A DNA stretch of 64,000 nt from Rhodoferax sp. Lineage in GTDB: Bacteria > Pseudomonadota > Gammaproteobacteria > Burkholderiales > Burkholderiaceae_C. Positions 46,806 to 57,712 of this stretch are shown here, in pieces. The DNA is taken from assembly GCA_031291295.1 (NCBI GenBank), contig JARLJI010000193.1, positions 12,921 to 76,920 on the forward strand. The letters are read 5' to 3'. A program made the position numbers and the translations under genes. The notes beneath the pieces are model-generated. The model was not told where the DNA came from and ran no database searches. It saw only the letters and a list, made by a program, of their open reading frames with translations. Numbering within the stretch: the first letter of the stretch is position 1; each line of letters begins with the position of its first letter.

Positions 46806-48839
46806 TCAAGCCTTGATGCGCAGCAGCTCCGCGCCTTCCGTCACCTGATCGCCTGGCGCATACAGAAGTTCTTCGACCGTGCCATCGGCTGGCGCGGCGA
46901 TGGTGTGCTCCATCTTCATGGCTTCCATCACCGCCAGCGCCTGGCCTTTGGCGACCTTGTCGCCGGGCTTGACCGCAAACGACACCACCTTGCCCGGCAT
47001 CGGCGCGGTCAGCCGGCCCGCATCGGCCTGGCCCACGCTGGCGTGCGCCAGCGCATCGATCACTACGATTTGTGTAGCGCCCAATGCACAGAACACATGG
47101 GCTACAGCCTGATTCAGCCATACCTTGACGGTCTGGCGCTGGCCCGCAAAGTCGACCCCGATGCCATCCGCCACCGGCACGAAGGTGAGCGGCCCGGCGA
47201 CGCTGCCGACCTGCAGCTGCAGGGCGCCGTCGTGCAGACGGGTCAACGCGGCCGTGACCGCCTCGCCGTGAAATTCGAACTCGAAGCGGCGCGTGGCCAG
47301 GCCGTGCGCGCGCCAGCCGTCGCGCCGGGCCCAGGGGTCGATCCAGGCGCCGTTGGACGCATCGACTTCAAGGGCCTTCTCTTCCACCAGCGTGCGCGCA
47401 ATGGCCGCGGCCGCGGCCAGCGGCAGGCCGACTTTTTCCTGTTTGAACAGCTTGGCCTCTTCGCGCGGGATCAGCCCCGTGTCCAGGTTCGCCTGGGCAA
47501 ACGAGGGGGTGTTGATGACGTAGCGCAGAAACTGCACGTTGGTGTTCAGCCCGACGATATGGGTTTGCGACAGGGCCTCGTCCATGCGCGCCAGCGCCTG
47601 CTCGCGGGTATCGCCATGCACGATCAGCTTGGCCACCATGGGGTCGTAAAACGGCGAGATGGCGTCACCTTCGCGCACGCCGGAGTCCACCCGGACCAGA
47701 GTGTCTGCGCCGCCCCTGTTCCCGCGCTCGAAGCTCACGTACGCCGGCAGGTCGTAGACACGCAGCGTGCCGGTGGCCGGCAGGAAGTTGTTGTCGGGAT
47801 TTTCGGCGCAGATGCGCGCCTCGATCGCATGGCCGTGGATGCGCAGCTCGTCCTGTTTCTGCGGCAGCGGCTCGCCCGACGCCACGCGCAATTGCCACTC
47901 CACCAGGTCGAGCCCGGTGATGGCCTCGGTCACCGGGTGCTCGACCTGCAGCCGCGTGTTCATCTCCATGAAGAAGAAAGTCATGCTGCCATCGGGCTTT
48001 TGCTCGACGATGAACTCCACCGTGCCGGCGCCCACGTAGTTCACGGCGCGCGCAGCCGCCACCGCGGCCTCGCCCATCTGCTGGCGCATGGCAGGCGTCA
48101 TGCCGGGCGCCTGTGCTTCCTCCAGCACCTTCTGGTGGCGCCGCTGCACCGAGCAATCGCGTTCGAACAGGTAAACGTAGTTGCCCTGCGTGTCGCCGAA
48201 CACCTGGATTTCGATGTGGCGCGGGCGCTGCACGTACTTCTCGATCAGCACCGCGTCAATGCCAAAGCTGCTGCTGGCTTCGCGCTGGCATGAGGCCAGC
48301 GCCGCGGCGAAGTCCTTCGCCTTTTCCACCACGCGCATGCCCTTGCCGCCGCCGCCCGCGCTGGCCTTGATCAGCACCGGGTAACCGATGGCGTCGGCCT
48401 CGCGCTGCAGCAGCGCCGGGTCCTGGTCCGCACCGTGGTAGCCAGGCACCAGCGGCACCCCGGCCTTGCCCATCAACTGCTTGGATTCGGCCTTCAGGCC
48501 CATGGCCCGAATCGCGGCGGGCGGCGGGCCGATGAAGACCAGCCCCGCATCGGCACAGGCCTGGGCAAATTCGTCGTTCTCGCTCAGAAAGCCGTAGCCG
48601 GGGTGGATGGCTTGCGCGCCGGTGGCCTTGGCGGCCTCGATGATGCGCTCCCAGCGCAGGTAGCTGTCCTTGGGCGCGCTGGCGCCGATCGGCACTGCCT
48701 CGTCGCACACGCTGACGTGCTTGGCGCTGGCATCGGCCTCGGAGTACACCGCCACGGTCTTGATGGCCATGCGCCTGGCCGTGGCCGCGACACGGCAGGC
48801 GATCTCGCCACGGTTGGCAATCAGAATTTTGTTGAACAT
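46806..48839 (-). CDS. liuD: 3-methylcrotonyl-CoA carboxylase alpha (biotin carboxylase and carrier)
   Basis: KILIANRGEIA, HPGYGFLSEN, GGGGKGMR, ERDCSVQRRHQK, EMNTRLQVEHP, EAMKME. Confidence 0.9.
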   Translation of the reverse strand: MFNKILIANRGEIACRVAATARRMAIKTVAVYSEADASAKHVSVCDEAVPIGASAPKDSYLRWERIIEAAKATGAQAIHPGYGFLSENDEFAQACADAGLVFIGPPPAAIRAMGLKAESKQLMGKAGVPLVPGYHGADQDPALLQREADAIGYPVLIKASAGGGGKGMRVVEKAKDFAAALASCQREASSSFGIDAVLIEKYVQRPRHIEIQVFGDTQGNYVYLFERDCSVQRRHQKVLEEAQAPGMTPAMRQQMGEAAVAAARAVNYVGAGTVEFIVEQKPDGSMTFFFMEMNTRLQVEHPVTEAITGLDLVEWQLRVASGEPLPQKQDELRIHGHAIEARICAENPDNNFLPATGTLRVYDLPAYVSFERGNRGGADTLVRVDSGVREGDAISPFYDPMVAKLIVHGDTREQALARMDEALSQTHIVGLNTNVQFLRYVINTPSFAQANLDTGLIPREEAKLFKQEKVGLPLAAAAAIARTLVEEKALEVDASNGAWIDPWARRDGWRAHGLATRRFEFEFHGEAVTAALTRLHDGALQLQVGSVAGPLTFVPVADGIGVDFAGQRQTVKVWLNQAVAHVFCALGATQIVVIDALAHASVGQADAGRLTAPMPGKVVSFAVKPGDKVAKGQALAVMEAMKMEHTIAAPADGTVEELLYAPGDQVTEGAELLRIKA

Positions 48840-49559
48840 TTAGGTGACCTTTGCAAAACCGGAAAAGAAACGGGAGACGCGGCGAAACACCGCCTTGAGG
48901 AATTTGATCAGCACCCAGGTCATGGCCCACATGAGCACCACCACGATCGCCAGCAGCACGCCGAACATCAGCGGGTGGTGGACGGAAAGCCAGAGTGCGC
49001 CGACCACCAGGCCGTCCTCGGTCAGGCTCGCCAGCACGTTGGAAAAAGGCTCGGGCAAGGTGTTGATCGCGGCCCGGCTGGTGGTCTTGGCGGCCTGGCT
49101 GGTGGCCGCCAGCGTGCCGCCCATCAGCGCGGCGACCGCGGTCATGGTGCCGCCGTCGGCCCCGAACACGCCAGCGGCCAGCGCGGCACCGGCCGGGATG
49201 CGGATCACGCTGTGCACGATGTCCCACAGCGAATCGACACCGGGGATCTTGTCGGCGAAGAACTCGACGAACAGCATGAAGCCGCTGGCGGCGAGCATGG
49301 CCGGGTGCTGCAGCAGCGCCAAGCCGTCGGGCAGCGGGATCCAGCCCAGCGCGCCCGCCATGCCGACCATGAAGACCACCGCGTAGAGCCGCAGGCCGCT
49401 GGCCCAGCCCAGCGCGGCGGCCAGCGCCAGCAGGCTGGCCATGTCGAGGTGGCCCGCCGCCTGACCGACACCCACCGCGGCGGTGCCGGCAGCGCTGGCC
49501 GCCTGGCTGCCCAGCGGCGCCAGCCACGACGGGAGGGATTGAAGCAAAGTTTGCAGCAT
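48840..49559 (-). CDS. DUF4126 membrane protein
   Basis: WASGLRLYA, EFFADKIPGVDSLWD, EPFSN..ASLTED. Confidence 0.85.
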   Translation of the reverse strand: MLQTLLQSLPSWLAPLGSQAASAAGTAAVGVGQAAGHLDMASLLALAAALGWASGLRLYAVVFMVGMAGALGWIPLPDGLALLQHPAMLAASGFMLFVEFFADKIPGVDSLWDIVHSVIRIPAGAALAAGVFGADGGTMTAVAALMGGTLAATSQAAKTTSRAAINTLPEPFSNVLASLTEDGLVVGALWLSVHHPLMFGVLLAIVVVLMWAMTWVLIKFLKAVFRRVSRFFSGFAKVT

Positions 49560-49588
49560 GGCTTGCGGGGTCGCGCTGTGTCGGCCGC

Positions 49589-50389
49589 TCAGGGCAGCAG
49601 CCAGCCCGGCTTGCGCTTGTTCAGGAACGACTGCACGCCTTCCCGGCCCTCAATGCTGGAGCGGATATCGGCAATGCGCTGGGCGGTGTCAGCGCGCAGC
49701 CCGGCCGTCAGCGGGACGCCGGCCACATCGCGCACCAGGCGCTTGCATTCGCGTGCCGCTTTGGGCCCGTTGGCGGCCAGCGTGGCCACCAGCTCCGCCA
49801 CCTTCGCGTCGAGTGCCCCGGCACTGCACAGCTCGTGCACAAAACCCAGCGCGTGGGCCTGCGCCGCGCTGAAGCGCTCCGCGGTGACCATGTAGCGGCG
49901 CGACGCCTGCTCCCCCAGGGCGCGCAGCACATACGGGGCGATGGTCGCGGGCAACAGGCCGAGCCGGGCTTCCGACAGGCAGAAGGTCACCTCGTCCGCC
50001 GCGACAAGCACGTCGCAGACCGCCGCCAGGCCCATGCCGCCGGCGTAGCAGTCGCCCTGGATGCGCCCCACGATGGGCACCGGGCACTGGTACAGGGTCC
50101 AGAGCATGTCGGCGAGCTTTTGCGCATCGGCACGGTTCTGATCCCAGCTGTAGTCGGCCATGGCGCGCATCCAGTTGAGGTCGGCGCCGGCGCAAAACGC
50201 CTTGCCGTGCGCGCCCAGCACGATGACGCGCAGGTCATCATCCTGCGACAACGCTGCGAACACCTGCGCCAATTCGGCGATGACGTCGTCATTGAAGGCA
50301 TTGCGGACCTCGGGCCGGTTCAGCCAGACCTCGGCCACATGGGGCGCGGGACGGCGCAGGTCAAGAATGTTTGACGCGGGTGTATTCAT
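49589..50389 (-). CDS. liuC: Enoyl-CoA hydratase (methylglutaconyl-CoA hydratase-like)
   Basis: LNRPEVRNAF, AFCAGADL.WM, GGMGL, LSEARLGL.PA.I.PY, F..KRKP.W. Confidence 0.85.
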   Translation of the reverse strand: MNTPASNILDLRRPAPHVAEVWLNRPEVRNAFNDDVIAELAQVFAALSQDDDLRVIVLGAHGKAFCAGADLNWMRAMADYSWDQNRADAQKLADMLWTLYQCPVPIVGRIQGDCYAGGMGLAAVCDVLVAADEVTFCLSEARLGLLPATIAPYVLRALGEQASRRYMVTAERFSAAQAHALGFVHELCSAGALDAKVAELVATLAANGPKAARECKRLVRDVAGVPLTAGLRADTAQRIADIRSSIEGREGVQSFLNKRKPGWLLP

Positions 50390-50397
50390 AAAGGGAC

Positions 50398-51531
50398 TCA
50401 ATAGCGTTTGGCAACTTCTTCCAGCATGACCTCGGTGGCACCGCCGCCGATGGCCAGCACGCGCGCATCGCGCCACAGCCGCTCGATCGCGGTCTCGCGG
50501 ATGTAGCCCATGCCGCCATGGAACTGCTGGCAGGTCTGCACCACCTCGTTGACCAGTTCGCCAGTGAGGGCCTTGAGCATGGAGACTTCCTGCACGATGT
50601 CGCGCCCCTGCGTCACGCTCCACGCGCAGTGGTACATGAAAGAACGCGCGGCGCGGGTCCTGGCGTCGAGCATGGACAGGCGCTGGCGGATGGTCTGCTG
50701 GTCCCACAGCGTGGCGCCGAAGGCCTGGCGCTGGCGCACGTAGTCCAGCGTCAGCTGGAGCGCCTGCGTGCAGTGGCCCACCGCCATCGCCGCCAGCGCA
50801 ATGCGCTCGGTCTGGAAGTTCTTCATGACCGAGTAGAAACCTTTGCCCTCCTCACCCAGCACATGACCGGCGGGGATGCGCACGTTATCCAGCACCAGCT
50901 CGGCGGTGTCGGACGAGAGCCAGCCCGTCTTCTTCAGCGCGCGGCCCACACTGAAGCCGGGCGTGCCCTTCTCGACGATGAACATGGTCATGTCGTGCCG
51001 GCCCGATCCCGTTTTGGCGGCAATGAAATACAGGTCGGCGTGCACGCCGTTGGTGATGAACATCTTGGTGCCGTTGAGCACCCAGTCGTCGCCGTCACGG
51101 CGCGCCGTGGTGCGGATGCCGGCCACGTCCGAGCCCGCGCCGGGCTCCGTGATGCCCACCGCCGCGATCATCTCGCCGGCCGTGACCTTGTGCAGGTATT
51201 TTTCCTTCTGCGCCGCGCTGCCCGCGTGGTGCAGGTGCGGGCCCGCCATGTCGGTATGCACCAGCACGGTGATGATGAAACCGGCAAAGGTGGATTGCGA
51301 CAGCGCCTCGGCGAACACCAGGTTGGTCAGTGCGTCCGCATCAGCGCCGCCGTAGCGGCCCTCGTACATCAGCCCCAGCAGCCCCGCCTGGCCCATGCGG
51401 CGCAACACGTCGCGCGGCACCATGCCGGCCTCTTCCCAGGCCGCGCCATGCGGCTCGACCTCGCGTGCAATGAAGCGCGCGACCTGGTCGCGCAACAGCC
51501 CGTGTTCGGGCGTGATGTAAATGTTGTCCAT
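50398..51531 (-). CDS. Acyl-CoA dehydrogenase
   Basis: TEPGAGSD, NGTKMFITNG, QFHGGMGY, RDAR...IGGGATE. Confidence 0.92.
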   Translation of the reverse strand: MDNIYITPEHGLLRDQVARFIAREVEPHGAAWEEAGMVPRDVLRRMGQAGLLGLMYEGRYGGADADALTNLVFAEALSQSTFAGFIITVLVHTDMAGPHLHHAGSAAQKEKYLHKVTAGEMIAAVGITEPGAGSDVAGIRTTARRDGDDWVLNGTKMFITNGVHADLYFIAAKTGSGRHDMTMFIVEKGTPGFSVGRALKKTGWLSSDTAELVLDNVRIPAGHVLGEEGKGFYSVMKNFQTERIALAAMAVGHCTQALQLTLDYVRQRQAFGATLWDQQTIRQRLSMLDARTRAARSFMYHCAWSVTQGRDIVQEVSMLKALTGELVNEVVQTCQQFHGGMGYIRETAIERLWRDARVLAIGGGATEVMLEEVAKRY

Positions 51532-51548
51532 GCGTGTGGCCCCGCGCC

Positions 51549-53156
51549 TTACATGCGGAACACGCCGAACTTCGTGTCGGGAATCGGCGCGTTGAGCGTG
51601 GCCGACAGGGCCAGCGCCAGCACGCGGCGCGTGTCGGCCGGGTCGATCACGCCGTCGTCCCACAGGCGCGCGCTGGAATAGTAGGGATGCGACTGGCGCG
51701 CAAACTGGTCGAGCACGGGCTGCTTGAAGGCCGCTTCTTCCTCCGCACTCCAGCTGCCGCCGCGGCCTTCAATGCCGTCGCGCTTGACGGTCGCCAGCAC
51801 GCCCGCCGCCTGCTCGCCGCCCATCACGCAGATGCGCGCGTTCGGCCACATCCAGAGAAAACGCGGCGAATAGGCACGCCCGCACATGCCGTAGTTGCCC
51901 GCGCCGTAACTGCCGCCGATGATCACGGTGAATTTCGGCACCTGGGCGGTCGCCACCGCGGTCACCATCTTGGCGCCGTGGCGGGCGATGCCTTCGTTTT
52001 CGTACTTGCGCCCGATCATGAAGCCGGTGATGTTCTGCAGGAACACCAGTGGAATCTTGCGCTGGCAGCACAGCTCGATGAAGTGCGCCCCTTTTTGCGC
52101 CGACTCGGAAAACAGGATGCCGTTGTTCGCGACGATGCCCACCGGCATGCCTTCGATGTGCGCGAAGCCGCACACCAGCGTGGTGCCATAGCGCGCCTTG
52201 AACTCGTGGAACTCGCTGGCGTCGACGATGCGGGCGATGACTTCGTGCACATCGTAAGGTTTGCGCGTGTCGGTCGGGATCACGCCGTACAGCTCTTCCG
52301 CTGCGAATTTAGGAGCGGATTGTGCCCGCAGGCTCTGGGCTATCGCCTTTTTTTGATTGGTATTCTTGACCACCGAGCGGGCCAGCGCGAGCGCGTGCGC
52401 GTCGTTTTGCGCCAGATGATCGGCCACGCCCGACAGCCGCGTGTGCACGTCGCCGCCGCCCAGGTCCTCGGCCGAGACGATCTCGCCGATCGCGGCCTTC
52501 ACCAGCGGCGGCCCGCCCAGGAAGATGGTGCCCTGGTTCTTCACGATGATGGTCTCGTCGCTCATCGCCGGCACGTAGGCGCCACCGGCCGTGCACGAGC
52601 CCATGACCACTGCGATCTGCGAGATGCCCTGCGCGCTCATGTTGGCCTGGTTGTAGAAGATGCGGCCGAAGTGGTCGCGGTCGGGGAATACTTCGTCCTG
52701 GTTCGGCAGATTCGCGCCGCCCGAGTCCACCAGGTAGATGCAGGTCAGGTGGTTCTGCTGCGCGATCTCCTGCGCCCGCAAATGCTTTTTCACGGTCAGC
52801 GGGTAATAGGTGCCGCCTTTGACCGTGGCATCGTTGCACACGATCATGCAATCGACACCTTCGACACGGCCGATACCCGCGATCAGGCCGGCGCACGGCG
52901 CGGCCCCGTGGTACATGCCATGGGCCGCCAGCGGCGACAGCTCCAGAAACGGCGTGCCGGGGTCCAGCAGCATCTGCACGCGCTCGCGTGGCGGCAGCTT
53001 GCCGCGCGCCGTGTGCTTGGCGCGGGCGGCCTCGCCACCGCCCTCCGCCGCCTTGGCGACCTGGACCCGCAGGTCGTCGACCAGTTCGCGCATGGCAGCG
53101 GCATTGGCCTGGAATTCGGCGGAACGGGGGTTCAGTTGGGTGTCTAGCGTGCTCAT
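51549..53156 (-). CDS. liuB: 3-methylcrotonyl-CoA carboxylase beta (carboxyltransferase)
   Basis: [58 protein letters not shown]. Confidence 0.92.
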   Translation of the reverse strand: MSTLDTQLNPRSAEFQANAAAMRELVDDLRVQVAKAAEGGGEAARAKHTARGKLPPRERVQMLLDPGTPFLELSPLAAHGMYHGAAPCAGLIAGIGRVEGVDCMIVCNDATVKGGTYYPLTVKKHLRAQEIAQQNHLTCIYLVDSGGANLPNQDEVFPDRDHFGRIFYNQANMSAQGISQIAVVMGSCTAGGAYVPAMSDETIIVKNQGTIFLGGPPLVKAAIGEIVSAEDLGGGDVHTRLSGVADHLAQNDAHALALARSVVKNTNQKKAIAQSLRAQSAPKFAAEELYGVIPTDTRKPYDVHEVIARIVDASEFHEFKARYGTTLVCGFAHIEGMPVGIVANNGILFSESAQKGAHFIELCCQRKIPLVFLQNITGFMIGRKYENEGIARHGAKMVTAVATAQVPKFTVIIGGSYGAGNYGMCGRAYSPRFLWMWPNARICVMGGEQAAGVLATVKRDGIEGRGGSWSAEEEAAFKQPVLDQFARQSHPYYSSARLWDDGVIDPADTRRVLALALSATLNAPIPDTKFGVFRM

Positions 53157-53206
53157 GGGGGGGTTGGTGTCCGTGCTGTGTGGGCTTATTGGGATTCTGG
53201 CGGCTG

Positions 53207-54928
53207 TCAGGCGGTCTTCTGTTCCGCCAGGCCCAGTTGCTGCTTCATCGCATCGCGGATCTTGAATTTCTGGATCTTGCCGGTCACCGTCATCGGGAAC
53301 TCGGTCACGAAATGGATGTATTTCGGCACCTTGTAGTGCGCAATCTGGCCCTTGCAGAAGGCGCGGACCTCGTCTTCGGTCAGGCTCTGGCCGGGCTTGA
53401 CGATGATCCAGGCGCAGAGTTCCTCGCCATACTTCTGGTCGGGCAGCCCGACCACCTGCACATCCTGCACCTTCGGGTGGCGGTACAGGAACTCCTCGAT
53501 CTCGCGCGGGTAGATGTTCTCGCCGCCGCGGATCACCATGTCCTTGATGCGCCCGACGATGTTGACGTAGCCCTCGTCGTCCATGGTCGCGAGGTCGCCG
53601 GTGTGCATCCAGTGCTCGGCATCGATGGCCTCGCGCGTCCTGGCCTCGTCTTCCCAGTAGCCATGCATCACCGAGTAGCCGCGCGTGCAGAACTCGCCCG
53701 AGGTGCCGCGCGGCACGGTCGCGCCGGTCTCGGGGTCGATGATCTTGATCTCCAGGTGCGGCTGCACCGTGCCGACAGTGGACACGCGCTTGTCCTGCGG
53801 CGTGTCGGTGCTGCTCTGGCAACTCACCGGGCTGGTCTCAGTCATGCCGTAGGCGATGGTGATTTCGCGCAGGTGCATCTGATCAACCACGCGCTTCATC
53901 ACCTCGGTCGGACACGGCGAGCCGGCCATGATGCCGGTGCGCAGGCTCGACATGTCGAACTCCGCAAAGCGCGGGTGGTCCAGTTCGGCAATGAACATGG
54001 TAGGCACGCCATGCAGTCCGGTGCACTTCTCTGCTTGCACCGTCTCCAGCACCGTGATCGGGTCGAAGCCGTCGTTCGGGAACACGATGCAGCTGCCGTG
54101 CGTCAGGCAGGCCAGGTTGCCCAGCACCATGCCGAAGCAGTGGTACAGCGGCACCGGAATGCAGAGACGGTCGGCGGGCGTGAGTTTCATGCACTCGCCG
54201 ATGAAGAAGCCGTTGTTCAGGATGTTGCGGTGCGTCAGCGTCGCGCCCTTCGGGAACCCCGTCGTGCCGCTGGTGAACTGGATGTTGATGGGGTCGCCGG
54301 CCTGCAGCGTGGCGCCGATCTGCGCGATGCGCGGGTCATTGGGGTTGCCGCTGGCGAGCAGCGCCGAGAAGCGCAGCAGCCCCGGCTCGTCCGCGCCCGC
54401 GCCGGCCTCGTCCATCCAGACCACCGTGCGCAAATGGGGCAGCCGGCTTGAGGCGAGCTGGCCCGCTTGCGCATGCGCATACTCGGGTGCAAGCTCGCGC
54501 AGCATGCCCAGGTAGTCGCTGGTCTTGAAACGCGCCATGGTCACCAGCGCCTTGCAGTCAACCTTGTTGAGCGCGTAGTCGAGCTCCGACGTGCGGTACG
54601 CCGGGTTGATGTTGACGAGGATCAGGCCAACCTTGGCGGTCGCGATCTGCATCAGCAGCCAGGCGGCGTTGTTGTGCGACCAGATGCCGACGCGCTCGCC
54701 CGGCGCCAGGCCCAGATTCAGCAGCGCGCTGGCGAGCCGGTTCGACTCGGTCTGCAGTTCACGGTAGGTGAAGCGCCGCCCCTCGTGGCGGCTCACCAGC
54801 ACCTCGCGCTCGGGCTGCTTCGCGACCATGTCATCGAAGAAAGCGCCGATGGTCTGTTCGATCAGCGGCACGTCGGTGGCGCCGCGGGCATGGCTAGCGG
54901 CGGCAGAGGCCGGATTCGGTTGCGTCAT
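53207..54928 (-). CDS. AMP-binding acyl-CoA synthetase
   Basis: [49 protein letters not shown] before ATG 54928. Confidence 0.92.
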   Translation of the reverse strand: MTQPNPASAAASHARGATDVPLIEQTIGAFFDDMVAKQPEREVLVSRHEGRRFTYRELQTESNRLASALLNLGLAPGERVGIWSHNNAAWLLMQIATAKVGLILVNINPAYRTSELDYALNKVDCKALVTMARFKTSDYLGMLRELAPEYAHAQAGQLASSRLPHLRTVVWMDEAGAGADEPGLLRFSALLASGNPNDPRIAQIGATLQAGDPINIQFTSGTTGFPKGATLTHRNILNNGFFIGECMKLTPADRLCIPVPLYHCFGMVLGNLACLTHGSCIVFPNDGFDPITVLETVQAEKCTGLHGVPTMFIAELDHPRFAEFDMSSLRTGIMAGSPCPTEVMKRVVDQMHLREITIAYGMTETSPVSCQSSTDTPQDKRVSTVGTVQPHLEIKIIDPETGATVPRGTSGEFCTRGYSVMHGYWEDEARTREAIDAEHWMHTGDLATMDDEGYVNIVGRIKDMVIRGGENIYPREIEEFLYRHPKVQDVQVVGLPDQKYGEELCAWIIVKPGQSLTEDEVRAFCKGQIAHYKVPKYIHFVTEFPMTVTGKIQKFKIRDAMKQQLGLAEQKTA

Positions 54929-55067
54929 GTCTGTCTCCATGAAGGTCGGCGGTTGCAAAAACTACGCTTGAATTTTGGAGGATAGGCCGAAAGCCGGGCT
55001 CTTGCCAGCCACAGAGGTTGCAAATCCTGCCACGTCAGGGCAGGAAATATGCAGCCGGCGTCCCGTT

Positions 55068-56099
55068 TCAACGCGGCTCCGCTTCCGCGCCAAGCCCCAG
55101 CGCCGCCTTGCGCCGGTACTCGGCCGGCGAGTCGCCCGTCCATTGCCGAAAGGCGCGCGCAAAGCTCTTTTCGTTGCCGAAGCCGACGGCATGTGCCACC
55201 TGCTTGATGGGGCGCATGGTGCGGCGCAGGGCTTCGCTCGCCTGCTCCAGCCGGACCTCATCCTTCAGCGCCTGCAGCGAGGCGCCCTCCTCCTGCAGCT
55301 GGCGGTGCAGCGTGCGCGGCGACACATGCAGCGCATCGGCCAACGCGTCGGCATTCGCCCCCACCGCCTGGCTTTGCAGCAGCATGCGCACGCGCTGCAC
55401 CAGCAGCCGGTCGCGGCGGTATTGCCGCACCACCAGCGCGAGCGCCTGCGGCAGCAGGGCGCCCAGCGCCTTGTCATCGCGGCGCAGGGGCAGCGCCAGG
55501 TAGTGCGCATCAAAGCGCAGCTCGGCCTGCACCGCCGCGAAGCGGACCGGGCCCGGAAACAGCACCGGGTACACCGCCGCATGCGCGGGCTGCGCGAACG
55601 GGAAGGCGGTCTCCTGCAAGGCGATGCGCGAATCGACCAGCCAGCAGGAAATGCCATGGATGTTGCGCAGCAGGGTGACCAGGCAAAACTCGCGGACCGC
55701 GGGGTCCAGGCGCCGCTCGGTCAGCGTCACCGTGGCCTGCCCGTCCGCCACCGACAGACCGAGCGCGATGTCGTCGGTCAGCAGGTTGTGGTGGCGCAGC
55801 CAGCGCCGCAGCGCCACGCCCAGGTTGGGCGACGTCAGCGAGGCGCGCAGCAGCATGACGTAGCTGCCCCAGCGCAGCCGGCGCGAGAACCAGCCCAGCG
55901 CCTCGTCATCGAGCTCCCGCATGGCCTCGCCCGCCAGCACCTGGAACTGCCGGGACGTGACGGCGCCATCGGGCTGCTGCAGCAAGTCTGGCGCGATTTG
56001 TGCCTTGGCCAGCGCCCCGGCCGGGTCGGCGCCATAGCGTTCATATGCCAACAGGATCATCCTGACAAACGACAGCGGCGTGGCCGAAACGGGATTCAT
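55068..56099 (-). CDS. AraC family transcriptional regulator
   Basis: C-terminal double HTH: LHVSPRTLHRQL...VGF....F.RAF..WTG.SP..YR. Confidence 0.9.
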   Translation of the reverse strand: MNPVSATPLSFVRMILLAYERYGADPAGALAKAQIAPDLLQQPDGAVTSRQFQVLAGEAMRELDDEALGWFSRRLRWGSYVMLLRASLTSPNLGVALRRWLRHHNLLTDDIALGLSVADGQATVTLTERRLDPAVREFCLVTLLRNIHGISCWLVDSRIALQETAFPFAQPAHAAVYPVLFPGPVRFAAVQAELRFDAHYLALPLRRDDKALGALLPQALALVVRQYRRDRLLVQRVRMLLQSQAVGANADALADALHVSPRTLHRQLQEEGASLQALKDEVRLEQASEALRRTMRPIKQVAHAVGFGNEKSFARAFRQWTGDSPAEYRRKAALGLGAEAEPR

Positions 56100-56129
56100 G
56101 GGCCCCAGTGTAGGTGGCCCGGCGGCGGC

Positions 56130-56822
56130 TTACGCGCGCCGCAGGTTCATCAGCGCCGGAAAGTTCACCAGCGCAGGCAGTTGCGCCATGTCGGTGAAGA
56201 CGCCGGCGGCGCCGGCCCGGCGCAGCGCATCGGACGCTTCAGGCCCGGCCTCGGGTGCGCTGTAGCCAAACACGGTCGCGCCGGCCGCCACCCCTGCCGT
56301 CACGCCGGTGACGGTGTCTTCCACCACGGCGCAGCGCCGCGGATTCACGCCCAGCGCGCGAGCGGCGGCCAGGTAGACATCGGGCGCGGGCTTGGAGCGG
56401 GGCAGCTCGTGGCCGCTGAACACGCGGCCGTCAAAATAATCCATCAGGCCGACCTTCTTGAGCTGCAACTCGACCTTGAAGCGGTCGGCGCCCGAGGCGC
56501 AGGCGATGCGCCCGCCATGGTGCGCGTGCACGGCATCGACCGCGTCATGAACATTGAGTACCGCGGCCAGGTCGCGCTCCAGCGCTGCGTTGCGGCGCGC
56601 GCGGAATTCCTGCATCCAGCGCTCGGTGAGCGGCTGGCCGGTCTTCGCCTCGATGAGCGCGGCCTCGTCCTTGACCGCCTTGCCGACGAACAGGCGCATG
56701 CACTCCTGCACGCTGAGCGTCCAGCCCAGCTCATCCAGCATGTCGCGCAGCACGCCGTTGGTGATGGGCTCGGAGTCCACCAGCACGCCATCGCAATCGA
56801 ACAACACCGCTTCAAAATTCAT
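56130..56822 (-). CDS. HAD-IA family hydrolase
   Basis: LFDCDGVLVDSE, KPAPDVY, VEDT..G..AG.AAG. Confidence 0.9.
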   Translation of the reverse strand: MNFEAVLFDCDGVLVDSEPITNGVLRDMLDELGWTLSVQECMRLFVGKAVKDEAALIEAKTGQPLTERWMQEFRARRNAALERDLAAVLNVHDAVDAVHAHHGGRIACASGADRFKVELQLKKVGLMDYFDGRVFSGHELPRSKPAPDVYLAAARALGVNPRRCAVVEDTVTGVTAGVAAGATVFGYSAPEAGPEASDALRRAGAAGVFTDMAQLPALVNFPALMNLRRA

Positions 56823-56870
56823 AGCTACCTGTGCATGTCCCATATGGGCTACAGCCACTTTTCATTTAAA
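56809..56870 (-). repeat. Best-preserved copy of the ~60-bp interspersed repeat
   Basis: TTTAAATGAAAAGTGGCTGTAGCCCATATGGGACATGCACAGGTAGCTATGAATTTTGAAGC. Related copies at about 8087-8148, 15721-15781, 44316-44373, 47062-47120 and 52300-52360. Confidence 0.75.
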
Positions 56871-56874
56871 TAGT

Positions 56875-57282
56875 TCAGAAAACCACGCCATCCACATAGT
56901 ACCAACGCCCGTCCTCGTGCACGAAGCGGCTGCGCTCATGCAGGCGCACCGCGCGGCCCGCGACACGATGGCGCGCGACGAACTCGACCTCGGCGTGATC
57001 GGCGTCCAACAGGCGCTGCGCACGCACCTCCAGCCCCAGCCACTTCGCGCCGGGTTCGAAGTCCAGCGATGGCGGGCGAGTGCTGGCGTGCCAGGTGGCG
57101 AGCAGGTAATCGGCGCGTTCCAGCACAAAGGCGCTGTAGCGCGAGCGCATCAACGCTTCGGCATCGGGCGCCGGCTGCCCCGCATCCAGGTAGCGGCCGC
57201 AGCAGGCGTCGTGCGCCAGCGCACGGCCGCGTGCATCGCGCCGACCACAAGGGCAAGCCGCGCCGGGCGCTGCGCGGCTCAC
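56875..57282 (-). CDS. YchJ family (SEC-C) protein
   Basis: CPCG...[32 protein letters not shown]...WYYVDG. GTGA overlap with the upstream gene. Confidence 0.88.
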   Translation of the reverse strand: MSRAAPGAACPCGRRDARGRALAHDACCGRYLDAGQPAPDAEALMRSRYSAFVLERADYLLATWHASTRPPSLDFEPGAKWLGLEVRAQRLLDADHAEVEFVARHRVAGRAVRLHERSRFVHEDGRWYYVDGVVF

Positions 57283-57692
57283 GCCTTTTTGGCCTTGCGC
57301 TGCTCCAGCGTTTCGGTCGGTGCGCCTAGCCTCACCCACTCGGCGTAGCCGCCGTCGATGTGCGCCACGTTGGTCATGCCCATGTCCTGCAGCGCCTTGG
57401 TGGCCAGCGCGCTGCGCCAGCCGGCGCCGCAGAACAGGATGAACTCTTTCGACTCGTCGGCAAAAATCGGCTTGTGGTAGGGCGACGCGGGATCGACCCA
57501 GAATTCCAGCATGCCGCGCGGCGCATGGTAGGCGCCCACCACGGTGCCGCCCTCCAGTTCGCGCACGTCGCGGATGTCGACGATCTGCACGCCGGGTGCG
57601 CCGAGCCGGGCGCGCACCTCAGCCACGGAGTAGGTCTTGACCTGGGCCATGGCTTCGTCAACGAGTTGTTTGTAGCCTTTGGTGATGGGCAT
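57279..57692 (-). CDS. Rhodanese-like domain protein
   Basis: [28 protein letters not shown]. Confidence 0.9.
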   Translation of the reverse strand: MPITKGYKQLVDEAMAQVKTYSVAEVRARLGAPGVQIVDIRDVRELEGGTVVGAYHAPRGMLEFWVDPASPYHKPIFADESKEFILFCGAGWRSALATKALQDMGMTNVAHIDGGYAEWVRLGAPTETLEQRKAKKA

Positions 57693-57712
57693 TGGTGTTC
57701 TCCTGAAAATAG

